Part shown: positions 28,909-38,938 of the stretch, one piece after another | Position numbering within the stretch: the stretch's first letter is position 1 | Layout of the letters: each line of letters begins with the position of its first letter | Assembly (NCBI GenBank): GCA_050951545.1 | Contig: JBMNJG010000007.1 | Coordinates: 416,001 to 480,000 of the forward strand | Direction of reading: 5' to 3' | Origin: Limnochordia bacterium | GTDB lineage: Bacteria > Bacillota > Limnochordia > DTU080 | DNA: 64,000 nucleotides | Made by a program: the position numbers and the translations under genes | The notes under the pieces: generated by a model | The model's database searches: none | What the model was told of the DNA's origin: nothing | The model's input: the letters and a program-made list of their open reading frames with translations, nothing else

Positions 28909-30081
28909 CTATGACGAGGAATCCCTGGCGGAGCGGACCCGTTGGGTAAGCATACGCATCAGTACGAAAGCGACCGCCGCATACAGGGTGCAACTGCGGT
29001 AGCCCCAGGCCACCCCGGCATAGTCGTTGGTGAGACCGATCACCAGCTGGAAGAGGCCGTTAATCGCTCCGGAGAGGGTAATGATGATGCTGGTCGTGGT
29101 GGGAGCGTTTGTGCCGAAGACCTCCATGGCGATGGCCATGAGGGTTGGCCACATGATGGCGATGAAGAAGCCAGTGACTGGCAAGAGCCAGAGCCCATGG
29201 CGGCCCAACCCGAAGCCGACAGCGAATAGTGTCAGGCTAGCCGCGGTGGCCAGGTTCATGCTACGTATGTAGCCAATACGTTCGATCGCCAATCCACTGA
29301 AAAGGCGAGAAACAGTGAACAGGACATAGAAGGCCGATACGAAACTGGCACCAGCGACCCTCGGGTCCAGTCCATAGACGTCCTGCAGATGCAGACCTCC
29401 CCAGTTAGCTGCACCGAATTCGATTACTTCCATGAAGCCAAGGGTCAAGGCGAAAAGCCAGACGATCGGACTTGCCAGTGCATCTGCTAGAGAGACGCGG
29501 GGTACAGAAGCCTCGCCTTGCGGGGTGCTCGGGGTCTCATCAAAGCGGGTGCGCCAGATAAACACAGATAAAACCACCAGAGGCATCAGTACGATGATGT
29601 AGACGTGTCTCCAACTGAAGTCGTAGCTGTTGGTCAGCACTCCGGCAGCCTTGGGGCCTAACACTGCTCCCAAACCGTAGAAGAAATGCATGAGGTTCAT
29701 CATGAGGGCGGCCCTAGTGGTGAAGACCACGGTGGCCATCGCGTTGGCTCCCACCTCGAAGAAGCCAAAGCCTGCGTTGATAATCAGCAAAGAGATGGAA
29801 GCCGCCCAGAACGTGGGGGAGGCTAGCGTCGCTAACGCTCCCATAGAGATGAGGGCGTAGCCCATTAGGACCGCCTTTTTGGTTCCGAAGCGATGCATGA
29901 ATAGACTGGCTATCAGGCAAAAGACCACGTAGCCATACCACGTAAACGAGGCTAGGCCGCCCTGCTGCGTGTAGGCGACACCGAACTCAGCCTTAATGAG
30001 GGGGAAAGAGACCCCTTTGATATTTTCGACCAGGCCGAAGGTAAGCATGGTCGCATAGATGATGATGGAATAGATCAGCAT
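28909..30081 (-). CDS. MFS transporter (FucP/TsgA-like)
   Basis: About 12 TM segments; MNLMHFFYGLGAVLGP, ANWG; start uncertain. Confidence 0.85.
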   Translation of the reverse strand: MLIYSIIIYATMLTFGLVENIKGVSFPLIKAEFGVAYTQQGGLASFTWYGYVVFCLIASLFMHRFGTKKAVLMGYALISMGALATLASPTFWAASISLLIINAGFGFFEVGANAMATVVFTTRAALMMNLMHFFYGLGAVLGPKAAGVLTNSYDFSWRHVYIIVLMPLVVLSVFIWRTRFDETPSTPQGEASVPRVSLADALASPIVWLFALTLGFMEVIEFGAANWGGLHLQDVYGLDPRVAGASFVSAFYVLFTVSRLFSGLAIERIGYIRSMNLATAASLTLFAVGFGLGRHGLWLLPVTGFFIAIMWPTLMAIAMEVFGTNAPTTTSIIITLSGAINGLFQLVIGLTNDYAGVAWGYRSCTLYAAVAFVLMRMLTQRVRSARDSSS

Positions 30082-30192
30082 GTGTGGTGGTTCCTGGTCT
30101 TGCCCCCTAATCCTGCAATTCCTCATCCAGGGAGGACATCGCTGCTTGCATGTGGTAGCCCCTTCACATGCGAATGTATGCGGGAGGTGGGA

Positions 30193-31056
30193 ATGCTGGA
30201 GATGTGGTTTCATGAAAAAGAAAGTGAGCACCTGCATGTAGGCCATCGAGTAACTCGGGTCTTGTTTCACGGGCGCTCGCAGTATCAGGAGATCGCCATC
30301 ATCGACACGGTGGAGTTCGGGCGGATGCTCGTCTTGGATGGTATCGCGCAGTTGTCGTTGCGGGATGAGTTTGTCTATCATGAGATGCTGGCGCACGTAC
30401 CGTTGCTTGCCCATCCCAATCCCGAGCGTGTGCTGGTGATCGGCGGTGGCGACGGTGGGACGGTGCGCGAAGTCCTTAAGCACCCGGAAGTTGGGCACGT
30501 ACACTTGGTAGAGATCGATGGGCAGGTGATAGATGCCTGTCGGGAATTCTTGCCGCAGTTAGCCCACAGTCTGGACAACCCCCGGGTGAGCGTGCATGTG
30601 GCTGATGGCATTGAGTTCATGCAACAGCAGACGGATGCTTTCGATGTGATTCTGGTCGATTCCACGGATCCTTTAGGCCCATCGGAGGGGCTATTCACAG
30701 CCACCTTCTATGCTGACGCGGCCACGGCCCTTCGTGCGGATGGTGTCTTGGCAGTACAGAGCGAATCACCTTTCTTTACGCCTCAGCTGGTGCAGGACGT
30801 ATATCGGGCGATAGGCTCCTGTTTCCCTGAGGTCCGCCTATACATGGCGACCGTGCCCATCTACTCGCTAGCACCTTGGAGTTTTACGCTGGCCAGCAAG
30901 AGACCCCAAGAGGCAATCTCCTTTAGAGAGGCCCCTGAGGAAATGCATACGAAGTACTACTCCTCAGGGATTCGTGAGGCTTGTTTTTGCTTGCCACCGT
31001 ATGTCAGAACGCTGCTGACTGGACAGGAAGCACAGGCGGTTTCCGGCGGCTCATGA
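30193..31056 (+). CDS. speE: spermidine synthase
   Basis: YHEMLAH, VLVIGGGDGG, LVEID, DVILVDSTDP. Confidence 0.95.
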   Translation: MLEMWFHEKESEHLHVGHRVTRVLFHGRSQYQEIAIIDTVEFGRMLVLDGIAQLSLRDEFVYHEMLAHVPLLAHPNPERVLVIGGGDGGTVREVLKHPEVGHVHLVEIDGQVIDACREFLPQLAHSLDNPRVSVHVADGIEFMQQQTDAFDVILVDSTDPLGPSEGLFTATFYADAATALRADGVLAVQSESPFFTPQLVQDVYRAIGSCFPEVRLYMATVPIYSLAPWSFTLASKRPQEAISFREAPEEMHTKYYSSGIREACFCLPPYVRTLLTGQEAQAVSGGS

Positions 31057-31073
31057 ACAGCGTGAGATGAAGA

Positions 31074-31092
31074 GGGGACCTTTGCGGTCCCC
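31074..31092. terminator. hairpin between convergent genes
   Basis: GGGGACC-TTTGC-GGTCCCC. Confidence 0.55.
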
Positions 31093-31119
31093 CAGTCTAT
31101 CTTGCGTGTCTAGTCGGAT

Positions 31120-31779
31120 CTACTGGAACGTGGCTGTGGCGAAAGACGCGGTACTGCCCCAGGCCCAGCCCTTCGGGAAGTAAATCTGTCCTTCACGGCT
31201 GCCGCCCTTGGTATCGCAATCGTCAGCGCCAAAGGAGATGGGGAAGCTGACGCCGCTGGCCGGATCCTTGCCAATGATGGATTTGATCGCCGTCAGAGGA
31301 ATGGAAGCCTCTACCACATAGCCGCTCGCCGCTGGGACGACCGCCAGTTTGGTCCCCGTCGTGTCTATGCCGTGCCAGTTAGCGATCTCAGGCGTTTTGC
31401 CATTGGCCAGTGTGAAACCAATCTGACTACCCGCGAGCCACACCTCTACGCAATCCGTCTGCCAGGAGTCGGACCCTGACCGCTCAAATACCAAGACGTC
31501 ATCGATGACTCGGAAGGCGAGGTAGAGGTTGTCGTCGTCATAAGCAAACATGCCGAAAAAGCTGAGATCATCATCGTTCTTCACGTCAGCAGCGTCTGCT
31601 ATGAGTCCCGAACTGACATACGTAGCCGGACCAGACCACTCATTGAGGTTGCCGTCAACAGTGATCGCGCCTGCCTTGACCTTGGAAATGGCGATGGGTT
31701 CGCCAGCTGCGAGAACAGAGCCCGTGAGGAACAGACATAACCCTAAGCACATGAGTAATGCCGCATTCCGCTTCATCAT
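31120..31779 (-). CDS. secreted CBM9-like sugar-binding protein
   Basis: Signal peptide; ITVDGNLNEW, YDDDNLYLAF.V.DD, D.VEVW, GY.VEASIP. Confidence 0.8.
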   Translation of the reverse strand: MMKRNAALLMCLGLCLFLTGSVLAAGEPIAISKVKAGAITVDGNLNEWSGPATYVSSGLIADAADVKNDDDLSFFGMFAYDDDNLYLAFRVIDDVLVFERSGSDSWQTDCVEVWLAGSQIGFTLANGKTPEIANWHGIDTTGTKLAVVPAASGYVVEASIPLTAIKSIIGKDPASGVSFPISFGADDCDTKGGSREGQIYFPKGWAWGSTASFATATFQ

Positions 31780-31981
31780 TTCTGTGTCCCCCTCGAAGTA
31801 GTGTGGCATTTATGGACTGCTGGTCAGGTCACCAGTAGTATGGTAATTCATGATTGGTTGGTTTTCTCCTCTTCAGTAATCACTTCATGTCGAATACGCG
31901 TGTCGGCGGCCACCTACCTAGGCGAGGCAGGAGGTCACACGCTAGGAATCGTAGTAGTCCCTATGTCCACAGTCAATCGAG

Positions 31982-32179
31982 GTGGGTCTATTGAACAGAG
32001 AATGGCAGAATCGGGCTGCGGCGGTTGTCTTAGCAGTCGCAGGGGTCACCTTGTTCGTCTTGAATGCTCTGGACCTTCTGTGGGGATGGTTTGTCTACCC
32101 TGATGGCGCCCTTGCTATGGTCTTGGGCATCGCTATCGCTGGAGCCTTGCTGATGAGCAGGCCGGAACGATCCGAATGA
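31982..32179 (+). CDS. small 2-TM hypothetical protein
   Basis: Two hydrophobic helices; no family recognised. Confidence 0.4.
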   Translation: MGLLNREWQNRAAAVVLAVAGVTLFVLNALDLLWGWFVYPDGALAMVLGIAIAGALLMSRPERSE

Positions 32180-32227
32180 GAGACGCAACGTGTAACACTC
32201 GCCGGAGGTGCCTACGCCCCTTGCGCA

Positions 32228-32722
32228 GTGCGTACGCATATTGGTGACGCTCAGGTTCAGATGACTGTAGATACGGAGTATCCTTTCCGCGACGTGGTGG
32301 CATTCACTGTGTCTACAGATCGCCGGGCCGAGTTTGCTATCTGGCTACGCATCCCAGACTGGGCCCAAGGTGCTACTGTTGAGCTAGCCGAAGAGGTACT
32401 TTCGCCTGCAACTGGAGGCTTTTATCGCCTGGAGCGAGTGTGGAAAGGAACGGTTTCTTCTGTGCTTCGCTTGCCCATGCAGGTAGAGCTGATGAATCGT
32501 CCGGGCAACCTGTACGCACACATGCGGGGACCTCTCGTGTATTCCCTGTCGCTAGGGGAGCGGTGGGTGCGCGTCAATGAGGACACTCCGGGCCGCGAGC
32601 CACCACATTGCGACTATGAGGTGTATGCTACGAGTCCCTGGAACTACGGCCTATGTCTTGACTCGGAAATGCCCCAGAGCGGCGTGATCTTTGAGGAGCA
32701 GCTGCACCCACCCCAGCCATGA
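32228..32722 (+). pseudogene. internal fragment of a GH127-like (beta-L-arabinofuranosidase) protein
   Basis: TEYPF...LRIPDWA...LRLPM...RGPLVYSL...PWNY; no catalytic N-terminal domain or RBS. Confidence 0.7.
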
Positions 32723-32853
32723 CCTGGATAGCCGAGGAAGAGGAGGAACTCAAGCTTATTCCCTATGGTTGCACGAGTCTGCGGGTTACCGAGATGCCTC
32801 TGGTCTGAGGGCCAGAGAGCTGGTGCTGAAAGGTGGCCCCATCCTCGCTGTCC

Positions 32854-33768
32854 TTAACCAGCCGATGTCTGCGACCCGTCAGCGGGACGTGTTCGGTACT
32901 CGCTTGGCGACATCCGCATCTTCTGTCTAAAGACACGGGCAAAGTAAGAGGGACTGCCGAAGCCGACCGCGTCACTGATCGCTGCAATCGGTCGTGCGGT
33001 GTACAGGAGGAGCCGACATGCTTCTGCCAGTCGGCGATCGTTGATGTACTCGATAGGGGGCCGTCCTGTTGACGAGCGGATGAGCCGCCAAATGTGGCTT
33101 TCTGAGTAGCTAAACACCCGAGCGAGATTACTGACCGACAGGTCATCCCGCAGATGTCTTTCGATGTATGCTATCAGCTCTGGCACGGGATTACCGTGGG
33201 CATCTTCGCGATATGCCGGGGATGGCGGCGTGTCTTGCTCGCGAAGTTCGCTGCCGCCAACCAAAAGAAGCAGCTTGTCGATAAGAGGGTGTAGGTGTCG
33301 CTTTGTCTCACGGCCTCTGGCCATGAGCGCGGCACTGATCTCTTCGAAAACGCTCTGAACACTGTCTTGGGTCATCAGATCGATGTGGCGCTTCAGAATC
33401 ACCCGTTCCGAAACAAGCTCGCCGTTGCTGAAGGTGGGCAGAAAGCACAGGTTCCATCGTTCGTAGTTGCTGTCTATGAGCGGTGTGTGAGGTAATGATG
33501 CTGGAAACACAACCATCGTTCCAGGTGACATGGTGTAGTCGGTGCGGGCGATGCGCATGACCCCTTCGCCGCACTCACAGAAGATGATCTCCGTGCCTTC
33601 GTGTTGGTGCGGTTCGTGGCGGTAGTACCCTTCGGGATATCGTTTCCATGCACAGAAAACGCCCAAGCGCGATACGGTGCGAGACATTCCCCGATCCCAA
33701 GATGACAGGCGTTCTGTTTTCGTCACGATGGGCCCCCTGGAATTACGCGAGATCTGTACCATCCACAT
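32854..33768 (-). CDS. AraC family transcriptional regulator
   Basis: Cupin H.H...E; C-terminal ISDAVGFGSPSYFARVFRQKMRMSPSEYR. Confidence 0.92.
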   Translation of the reverse strand: MWMVQISRNSRGPIVTKTERLSSWDRGMSRTVSRLGVFCAWKRYPEGYYRHEPHQHEGTEIIFCECGEGVMRIARTDYTMSPGTMVVFPASLPHTPLIDSNYERWNLCFLPTFSNGELVSERVILKRHIDLMTQDSVQSVFEEISAALMARGRETKRHLHPLIDKLLLLVGGSELREQDTPPSPAYREDAHGNPVPELIAYIERHLRDDLSVSNLARVFSYSESHIWRLIRSSTGRPPIEYINDRRLAEACRLLLYTARPIAAISDAVGFGSPSYFARVFRQKMRMSPSEYRTRPADGSQTSAG

Positions 33769-33836
33769 AAAAGTATTAGACTACATCCGCTCCTGATCCT
33801 GCCATATACTTGTATGTGCAAGGGGGGTAACCATGC

Positions 33837-36800
33837 ATGACCTTTTGGATGAGGAAATACTCCAAGCCCTTGGTCGTTTTCTGGATTCTGGTTGCACTAG
33901 GTGTTGCGGTTGGGGTGTCCGCTGCTGGTAGTGTGACCGAAGAGGCGAATCTGCTCGCCAATCCCGGGTTTGAGTTAGGCGAACAGGGTGATTTCCCTGT
34001 CGGCTGGTCAGGCCGAGGGGCTGGAAAATATTGGGTTAAGCTGATTGAAGAAGAAGCCTACTCCGGAGACAGGATGGTCGGTTTGTTTACACCGCACGAC
34101 CGAACGTCGGGTTGGGGGATACAAACCGAGCCAATCCCCGTCACAGCGGGCCGTACATATGAAGCGGCTGGCATGATCAAGCTTCTCGGAGCACGGGTAC
34201 AGATATACATCGAATTCTATGGCAGCTCTGGAGCTCGGATCAAGCCATACGTCGGGCAGACGAGAGTCAACGATGAGTGGACATGGCTCAGCATATCCGG
34301 AGAGGCACCGGAAGGGTCAGCTTACGCTCGTGTGTTACTGTATATGCCGCCTAACGTGCCCAATACGTGTGCCTATTTCGACGACATTACCTTCACCGAG
34401 ATCGTGGAGGAAGAGGTGGCAGAGGAGGACACAAGGCGGAGTCCAGGGACATTCTATGTATCATCTGGCGGCGACAACCACAATGACGGTACCCTTGAGG
34501 CCCCCTGGGCGACTGTAGGGTACGCTTCTGCCCGGGCGATCCCTGGCGATACGATTGTCTTCTTGCCCGGTGAGTACGAAGGGGTGCTAAAGCCGCTGCG
34601 TAGTGGCACGGCAGATGCGCCGATTGTCTTCAGAGCATCGGAGCGCCGAACAGCCCGATTGGCTGGCGAATCAGGTGCGGCCTACGCGATCGAACTATCA
34701 AACGTGGAGCACATTTCCGTCGAGGGCTTTCACGTGAAACCAAAATCATCTCAAGGACGTTGGCTGCTCGTCCAGGGCTCCAAACACATTCGTATCAATG
34801 ACGTCCTGATGGAAGATGCGACTGGTGGAATGCCCTTCCTTATCACTCACAGTGAACACATTCAAGTGCGCGATAGCGTGATTCAGCGGTATATAGGCGG
34901 CAACATGGCGCGGGTTGGCGATTCGGCACACATCCTTTTTGAAGGCAATGCGATTTCCCGCACGGGGCACAGTCCGTTCCAGTTCTACCCGGAAAGATCC
35001 ACCCGCAACGTGGTCATCCGCGGCAACGTCTTTCATGCCGCGTGGGGGCGCAATTTCGAGTTTTTTGGTACGGAAAACATCCTCTTTGAGCATAACATCG
35101 TCACCAATGCTTTCGACGGCGGGCGCTCGGCCAGCACGAATGCCAAGTTCGCCGTGGAGCGGGGCATATTCCGCTTTAATCGGGTGTTTCGCAATTGGGG
35201 CGGAGCACTGCATCTGTATACCTTCCGCGAGCAATGGCTGAGCCACATTCGTCTTTACAACAATGTCTTCGACGACAACTATGAGTACGGCATCGCAACC
35301 AGCGACTCGCCCGCTCAGATGCGTGACGTCGTCTTTGTCAACAACGTGTTCTCCCGCAATGACGTGCATGGGGGTCACCGTCAAGTTCAGTTTCAATCGA
35401 TGGGAATGCCGGAGAAAGGTCCGGAGGGTGAGCTGGTCCCTCGTGTGCGCTTCTTGAGCAATGCTCTTTCCGCCAGCGACCCCGACTTCATGTCAACACT
35501 CAGTTTCGGTGGGCGTCGCTTGGACATCGGTACTGTAGAAAGCGACGCCTGGCGGCAGCCTTCCCTATCGAATCAGTCTGTTCACTTCTCGGGTAATGCG
35601 GCGTTCTCTCCACAGTTTGCTGACGCCAAGACGTACAACCATGCCCTCGCACCTGGTAGCCCACTCATAGATGGCGGTCGCTTCTTGACTTCGACTGTTG
35701 GGGCAGGAGAGGGGCGTACGGTTCGCGTTGAAGACGCGATGTATTTCTACGACGGCTTCGGCATCGAGGGCGAGCAGGGTGATCTCGTGGTGGTCGGATC
35801 GCCGGACCAGTTGGCTCGTATAGTGAAGGTTGATTATGAGGCCAACGAGATCACGCTGGACCGCATCGTGAACTGGCAAGACGGGGCTCCCGTGAGCTTC
35901 CCTTGGGGTGGCCAGGCCCCCGATATGGGGGTGTACGAGCACGGTGCGGGCGGTCGGCCGTCCGTGCAGATAGTGGCGCGCCCCTTTTTCGTTCGACCTC
36001 AAGACGAAGTGCGCTTGTCAGCGACTCTCGCTAATATCGGTGATCCTGTCGAGATTCGCTGGCAGTTGGGTGATGGCACGATCGCTTTTGGTGCCGAATT
36101 GACGCATGTCTATGATGAGCCATACGATTATCCGATACGAGTGAGGGTGACGACGAAGTCGGGAGAGGTCTTTCGCGGCACGGGGTACGTCGTCGTCGAA
36201 CCGATGCGACCAGTCGATGATCCGTTGCTTCATTCGACGTTTGACAAGGAAGACGAAGACTGGTGGTGGTACTGGAAGTGTTACACGCCAGCCCCGGTCG
36301 ATTGGAGCCATGAGATCGATGGTGCATCGGGCAACGGAGTGCTTCGGATCTCGAACCCCGGTGGCGGCACCCTCCCGCTCAGAGTGGCACCCGCCAAATG
36401 GGATATTGACCAGTATCCATGGATTTTCTTGCGTTACCGCGTATCTCCCGGTGCTCCGATTGGGCTCTATCTAGACGGGTTCAGCGATACGGAGGGCAGA
36501 GGGCAAAGAAAGTGGCTTGCTGCGGCATCAGGTGAGCGCAACACCCGTACGGGTCGCTTGACCCCTTACGAACTGATCGACGATGGTAACTGGCATGTGC
36601 TGCTTATGGACGCGCGGCTAATACGTGCCGATTTCCCAGAGGTCAGCGTGTTGAAGAGACTCGGGATGGAGGCGCTGTCGGTATCAAGACAGGGCGATGC
36701 GTACTGGCTCGACGAGATCGCTATAGTGCCCGATGAGGCTCTGCGCAACTCCGCCTGGGAGGAGAAGCTGACGCATAGGCAAAGAGGTCACATCGACATC

Positions 36801-37574
36801 GTTTCGCCAAGAGAGGGAGCAGTAGTAAGTGGCGAGATGGTGCTTGATCTCGCGCTAGTCGCCTATGGCGAAGTCGGCGAGATGCCTACAGACTCGTTCG
36901 TACAGGGAATCACTGTGGATGTTGATGGTCAGGTTGTTCTTTCAACTGCTGACGGCCGTGAAGTTGAGGATCTGCGGATCGATACCAATGCCTTATCCGA
37001 TGGCTCCCATCAACTTGCCGTTACGCTGACCGATGAAGTGGGCATGACGATAACGTGCCGCGCTGCGTTCACGGTGCGCAACTGGCAAGTGATGAGAGAT
37101 CGATTGGAGCCTCCGGAGGAATGGTCATTCTTTGGTGAGACGATGACGACGGATCTAAGCAAGACGACGGCCGAATCAGGTGGCTGGGCGTATGCCTCAG
37201 AGTTGGAGCAGTCCGCTTTCGAGGGCGTATCGGGGAAGGTAAAGACGACCGCCAACGAGGAGTATCTCATCTGGGAAGCCCCAGGGCTACGTAACTTCGA
37301 GATCCTTGTCTATACGACGATGAGTGACATCGGAAGTGTTGTGAGGGTGGAGGCAGACACGGGCGACTCAGAATGGGTCGGTCTTCCATGCGTCACGACA
37401 AGAGCCGGGGCCATCGGGTCTGGAGACCCGTCATGGACCACGTTTACGATTACTGGCAATGGGCCGCAAGGGGCAGAGGCCACTGCTTTTCGGCTAATCG
37501 TCGGATCAGAAGCGCCAGCATATGCACTCGGGGTCGAAGAGGTCGTGTTGGACATACGTTCGTCTTGTTTCTGA
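33837..37574 (+). CDS. secreted multidomain protein: CBM4/9-like + right-handed beta-helix + PKD + Ig-like + conserved C-terminal domain
   Basis: Signal peptide; NLLANPGFE...YFDDI; FYVS..GD..NDGT..APWAT; repeated V.RGNVF strands; WQLGDG. Confidence 0.75.
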   Translation: MTFWMRKYSKPLVVFWILVALGVAVGVSAAGSVTEEANLLANPGFELGEQGDFPVGWSGRGAGKYWVKLIEEEAYSGDRMVGLFTPHDRTSGWGIQTEPIPVTAGRTYEAAGMIKLLGARVQIYIEFYGSSGARIKPYVGQTRVNDEWTWLSISGEAPEGSAYARVLLYMPPNVPNTCAYFDDITFTEIVEEEVAEEDTRRSPGTFYVSSGGDNHNDGTLEAPWATVGYASARAIPGDTIVFLPGEYEGVLKPLRSGTADAPIVFRASERRTARLAGESGAAYAIELSNVEHISVEGFHVKPKSSQGRWLLVQGSKHIRINDVLMEDATGGMPFLITHSEHIQVRDSVIQRYIGGNMARVGDSAHILFEGNAISRTGHSPFQFYPERSTRNVVIRGNVFHAAWGRNFEFFGTENILFEHNIVTNAFDGGRSASTNAKFAVERGIFRFNRVFRNWGGALHLYTFREQWLSHIRLYNNVFDDNYEYGIATSDSPAQMRDVVFVNNVFSRNDVHGGHRQVQFQSMGMPEKGPEGELVPRVRFLSNALSASDPDFMSTLSFGGRRLDIGTVESDAWRQPSLSNQSVHFSGNAAFSPQFADAKTYNHALAPGSPLIDGGRFLTSTVGAGEGRTVRVEDAMYFYDGFGIEGEQGDLVVVGSPDQLARIVKVDYEANEITLDRIVNWQDGAPVSFPWGGQAPDMGVYEHGAGGRPSVQIVARPFFVRPQDEVRLSATLANIGDPVEIRWQLGDGTIAFGAELTHVYDEPYDYPIRVRVTTKSGEVFRGTGYVVVEPMRPVDDPLLHSTFDKEDEDWWWYWKCYTPAPVDWSHEIDGASGNGVLRISNPGGGTLPLRVAPAKWDIDQYPWIFLRYRVSPGAPIGLYLDGFSDTEGRGQRKWLAAASGERNTRTGRLTPYELIDDGNWHVLLMDARLIRADFPEVSVLKRLGMEALSVSRQGDAYWLDEIAIVPDEALRNSAWEEKLTHRQRGHIDIVSPREGAVVSGEMVLDLALVAYGEVGEMPTDSFVQGITVDVDGQVVLSTADGREVEDLRIDTNALSDGSHQLAVTLTDEVGMTITCRAAFTVRNWQVMRDRLEPPEEWSFFGETMTTDLSKTTAESGGWAYASELEQSAFEGVSGKVKTTANEEYLIWEAPGLRNFEILVYTTMSDIGSVVRVEADTGDSEWVGLPCVTTRAGAIGSGDPSWTTFTITGNGPQGAEATAFRLIVGSEAPAYALGVEEVVLDIRSSCF

Positions 37575-37644
37575 TGTGCGGCCGTTGTAGGCATCTGCGT
37601 ACACCGCTATGGATCGAGTACTACGTCAACCAGCTAATCCGGCG

Positions 37645-37743
37645 ATGAACGCCGTATTAGGAGGCGAGAAGACACCGGAGCAGGCCTTACATGATGTACA
37701 GCTTGTGATGGTGGATCGCTTCCGCAGTGTCTTTGGCCAGTAG
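37645..37743 (+). pseudogene. C-terminal scrap of a sugar-binding protein
   Basis: Manual translation MNAVLGGEKTPEQALHDVQ resembles SBP C-terminal helices (compare PVLLGEKSVVNALQELD in 12359-13645). Confidence 0.5.
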
Positions 37744-37802
37744 GGACTATATCGAAATCGTCCGGTTTCGTTTCCCCGACCGATTCGGTAGCTGTAACGC
37801 AT

Positions 37803-37843
37803 GCCCCGGGGATGACGGTCAGCCATTGCTCGTCCCCCGGGGC
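37803..37843. terminator. GC-rich hairpin between convergent units
   Basis: GCCCCGGGG...GACG / CGTC...CCCCGGGGC. Confidence 0.55.
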
Positions 37844-37851
37844 TCTGCATG

Positions 37852-38577
37852 TCACAGGCGGTTGGTTTGGTAACGTGCCCACATATCATCTGCTATGCGC
37901 CAGGACTCTCCCCCCACGCCGTATCTGCTGAAGTGTTGGCATACATTCTCAATGTCTCGATGCAAAAACGCATAGGCTTGCGAGTTGAATCGAGCGTCAA
38001 CGGCCTGAGGAAAGTCGATCACCTTGATGCTGCCCTGCCAGTAAAGGATGTTGAACGGCGACAGGTCGGCATGAACCAGATGATGGGTGAGCCACAGTCT
38101 GATGTTCTCGACGAGACGCTGGTATATTTCCGGCGCTTCATCTGCTTCTAGGTGTACCCTGTTCAGCTGCGACGCCGGTCCGAGTTCATCACCGACATAC
38201 TCCATGAGAATGGCGTTCTCGCTCATGGCCAAGGACAAGGGGACGTCGGCTCCGGCGGCATGCAGCACGCTTAGGGTCTTGAACTCGTTCTCCAACCACA
38301 CGCTGAAATCGACTACCCGGCCCACTTGTGTTTTGTTTCGCGAAGCACGCCGCAAGCGAGAGTCGGCAATGTAGAAGCCTTCCCGGTACGCCGCGTCATG
38401 TCTGAAACCACGAGACTCCGGGTTTGCGTATACCTTAGCGAGCAGCAAGTCGTAACCCGTGGCGGGGTTCGCTTGGCAGCAGTAGGCAGTGGCCTCTTTG
38501 CCGCTCTTCAACGGTTCTAGGACTTCGGTTATCCAACCTTCATCGACGAAGCTTTGTAGTGTGGGCAGTTTTGACAT
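37852..38577 (-). CDS. RIO1 family kinase/ATPase
   Basis: LKSGKEA, AKVY, ILMEYVG, VHADLSPFNIL, IDFPQAV, RDIEN. Confidence 0.92.
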   Translation of the reverse strand: MSKLPTLQSFVDEGWITEVLEPLKSGKEATAYCCQANPATGYDLLLAKVYANPESRGFRHDAAYREGFYIADSRLRRASRNKTQVGRVVDFSVWLENEFKTLSVLHAAGADVPLSLAMSENAILMEYVGDELGPASQLNRVHLEADEAPEIYQRLVENIRLWLTHHLVHADLSPFNILYWQGSIKVIDFPQAVDARFNSQAYAFLHRDIENVCQHFSRYGVGGESWRIADDMWARYQTNRL

Positions 38578-38726
38578 CCTGCTACTCTCCCCTCGCGGGT
38601 GAGAGGCACATGAGCAGCTGCACAGTGTGCTAAAGGTGGCGTCGTGGATGGGAAGGGGCTTTCCGGGAAGCAAGGAGAGGAAAGCTTGGGCTCATCTCTG
38701 CCCTGGGCTCATGAGATGCAGAACGT

Positions 38727-38801
38727 CTAGCGGGGATTTGTTTGATCGCGTTCAGGTGAGGGCGGACGACACCGTATGCAGTTAGGCGTGCATGCTATCA
38801 T
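38727..38801 (-). CDS. putative 24-aa leader peptide upstream of the RIO1 kinase
   Basis: GGAGGTGA RBS + ATG; MIACTPNCIRCRPPSPERDQTNPR. Confidence 0.35.
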   Translation of the reverse strand: MIACTPNCIRCRPPSPERDQTNPR

Positions 38802-38831
38802 GGCCCTCACCTCCAGTGGATGTTTGTCTCT

Positions 38832-38861
38832 AATGTAGCATGTGGGCGTTGCACGAGTCAA
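38832..38861 (-). promoter_or_regulatory. sigmaA-type promoter for the leader/RIO1 unit
   Basis: TTGACT-18 bp-TACATT with TGn extended -10. Confidence 0.65.
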
Positions 38862-38938
38862 CGTTGCGACCATACGGGGGGCCGCGCAAAGAACTGCGGT
38901 AATCTCCCTGCGTCCGCTTGGGTTGGTGGTAGGAACCT

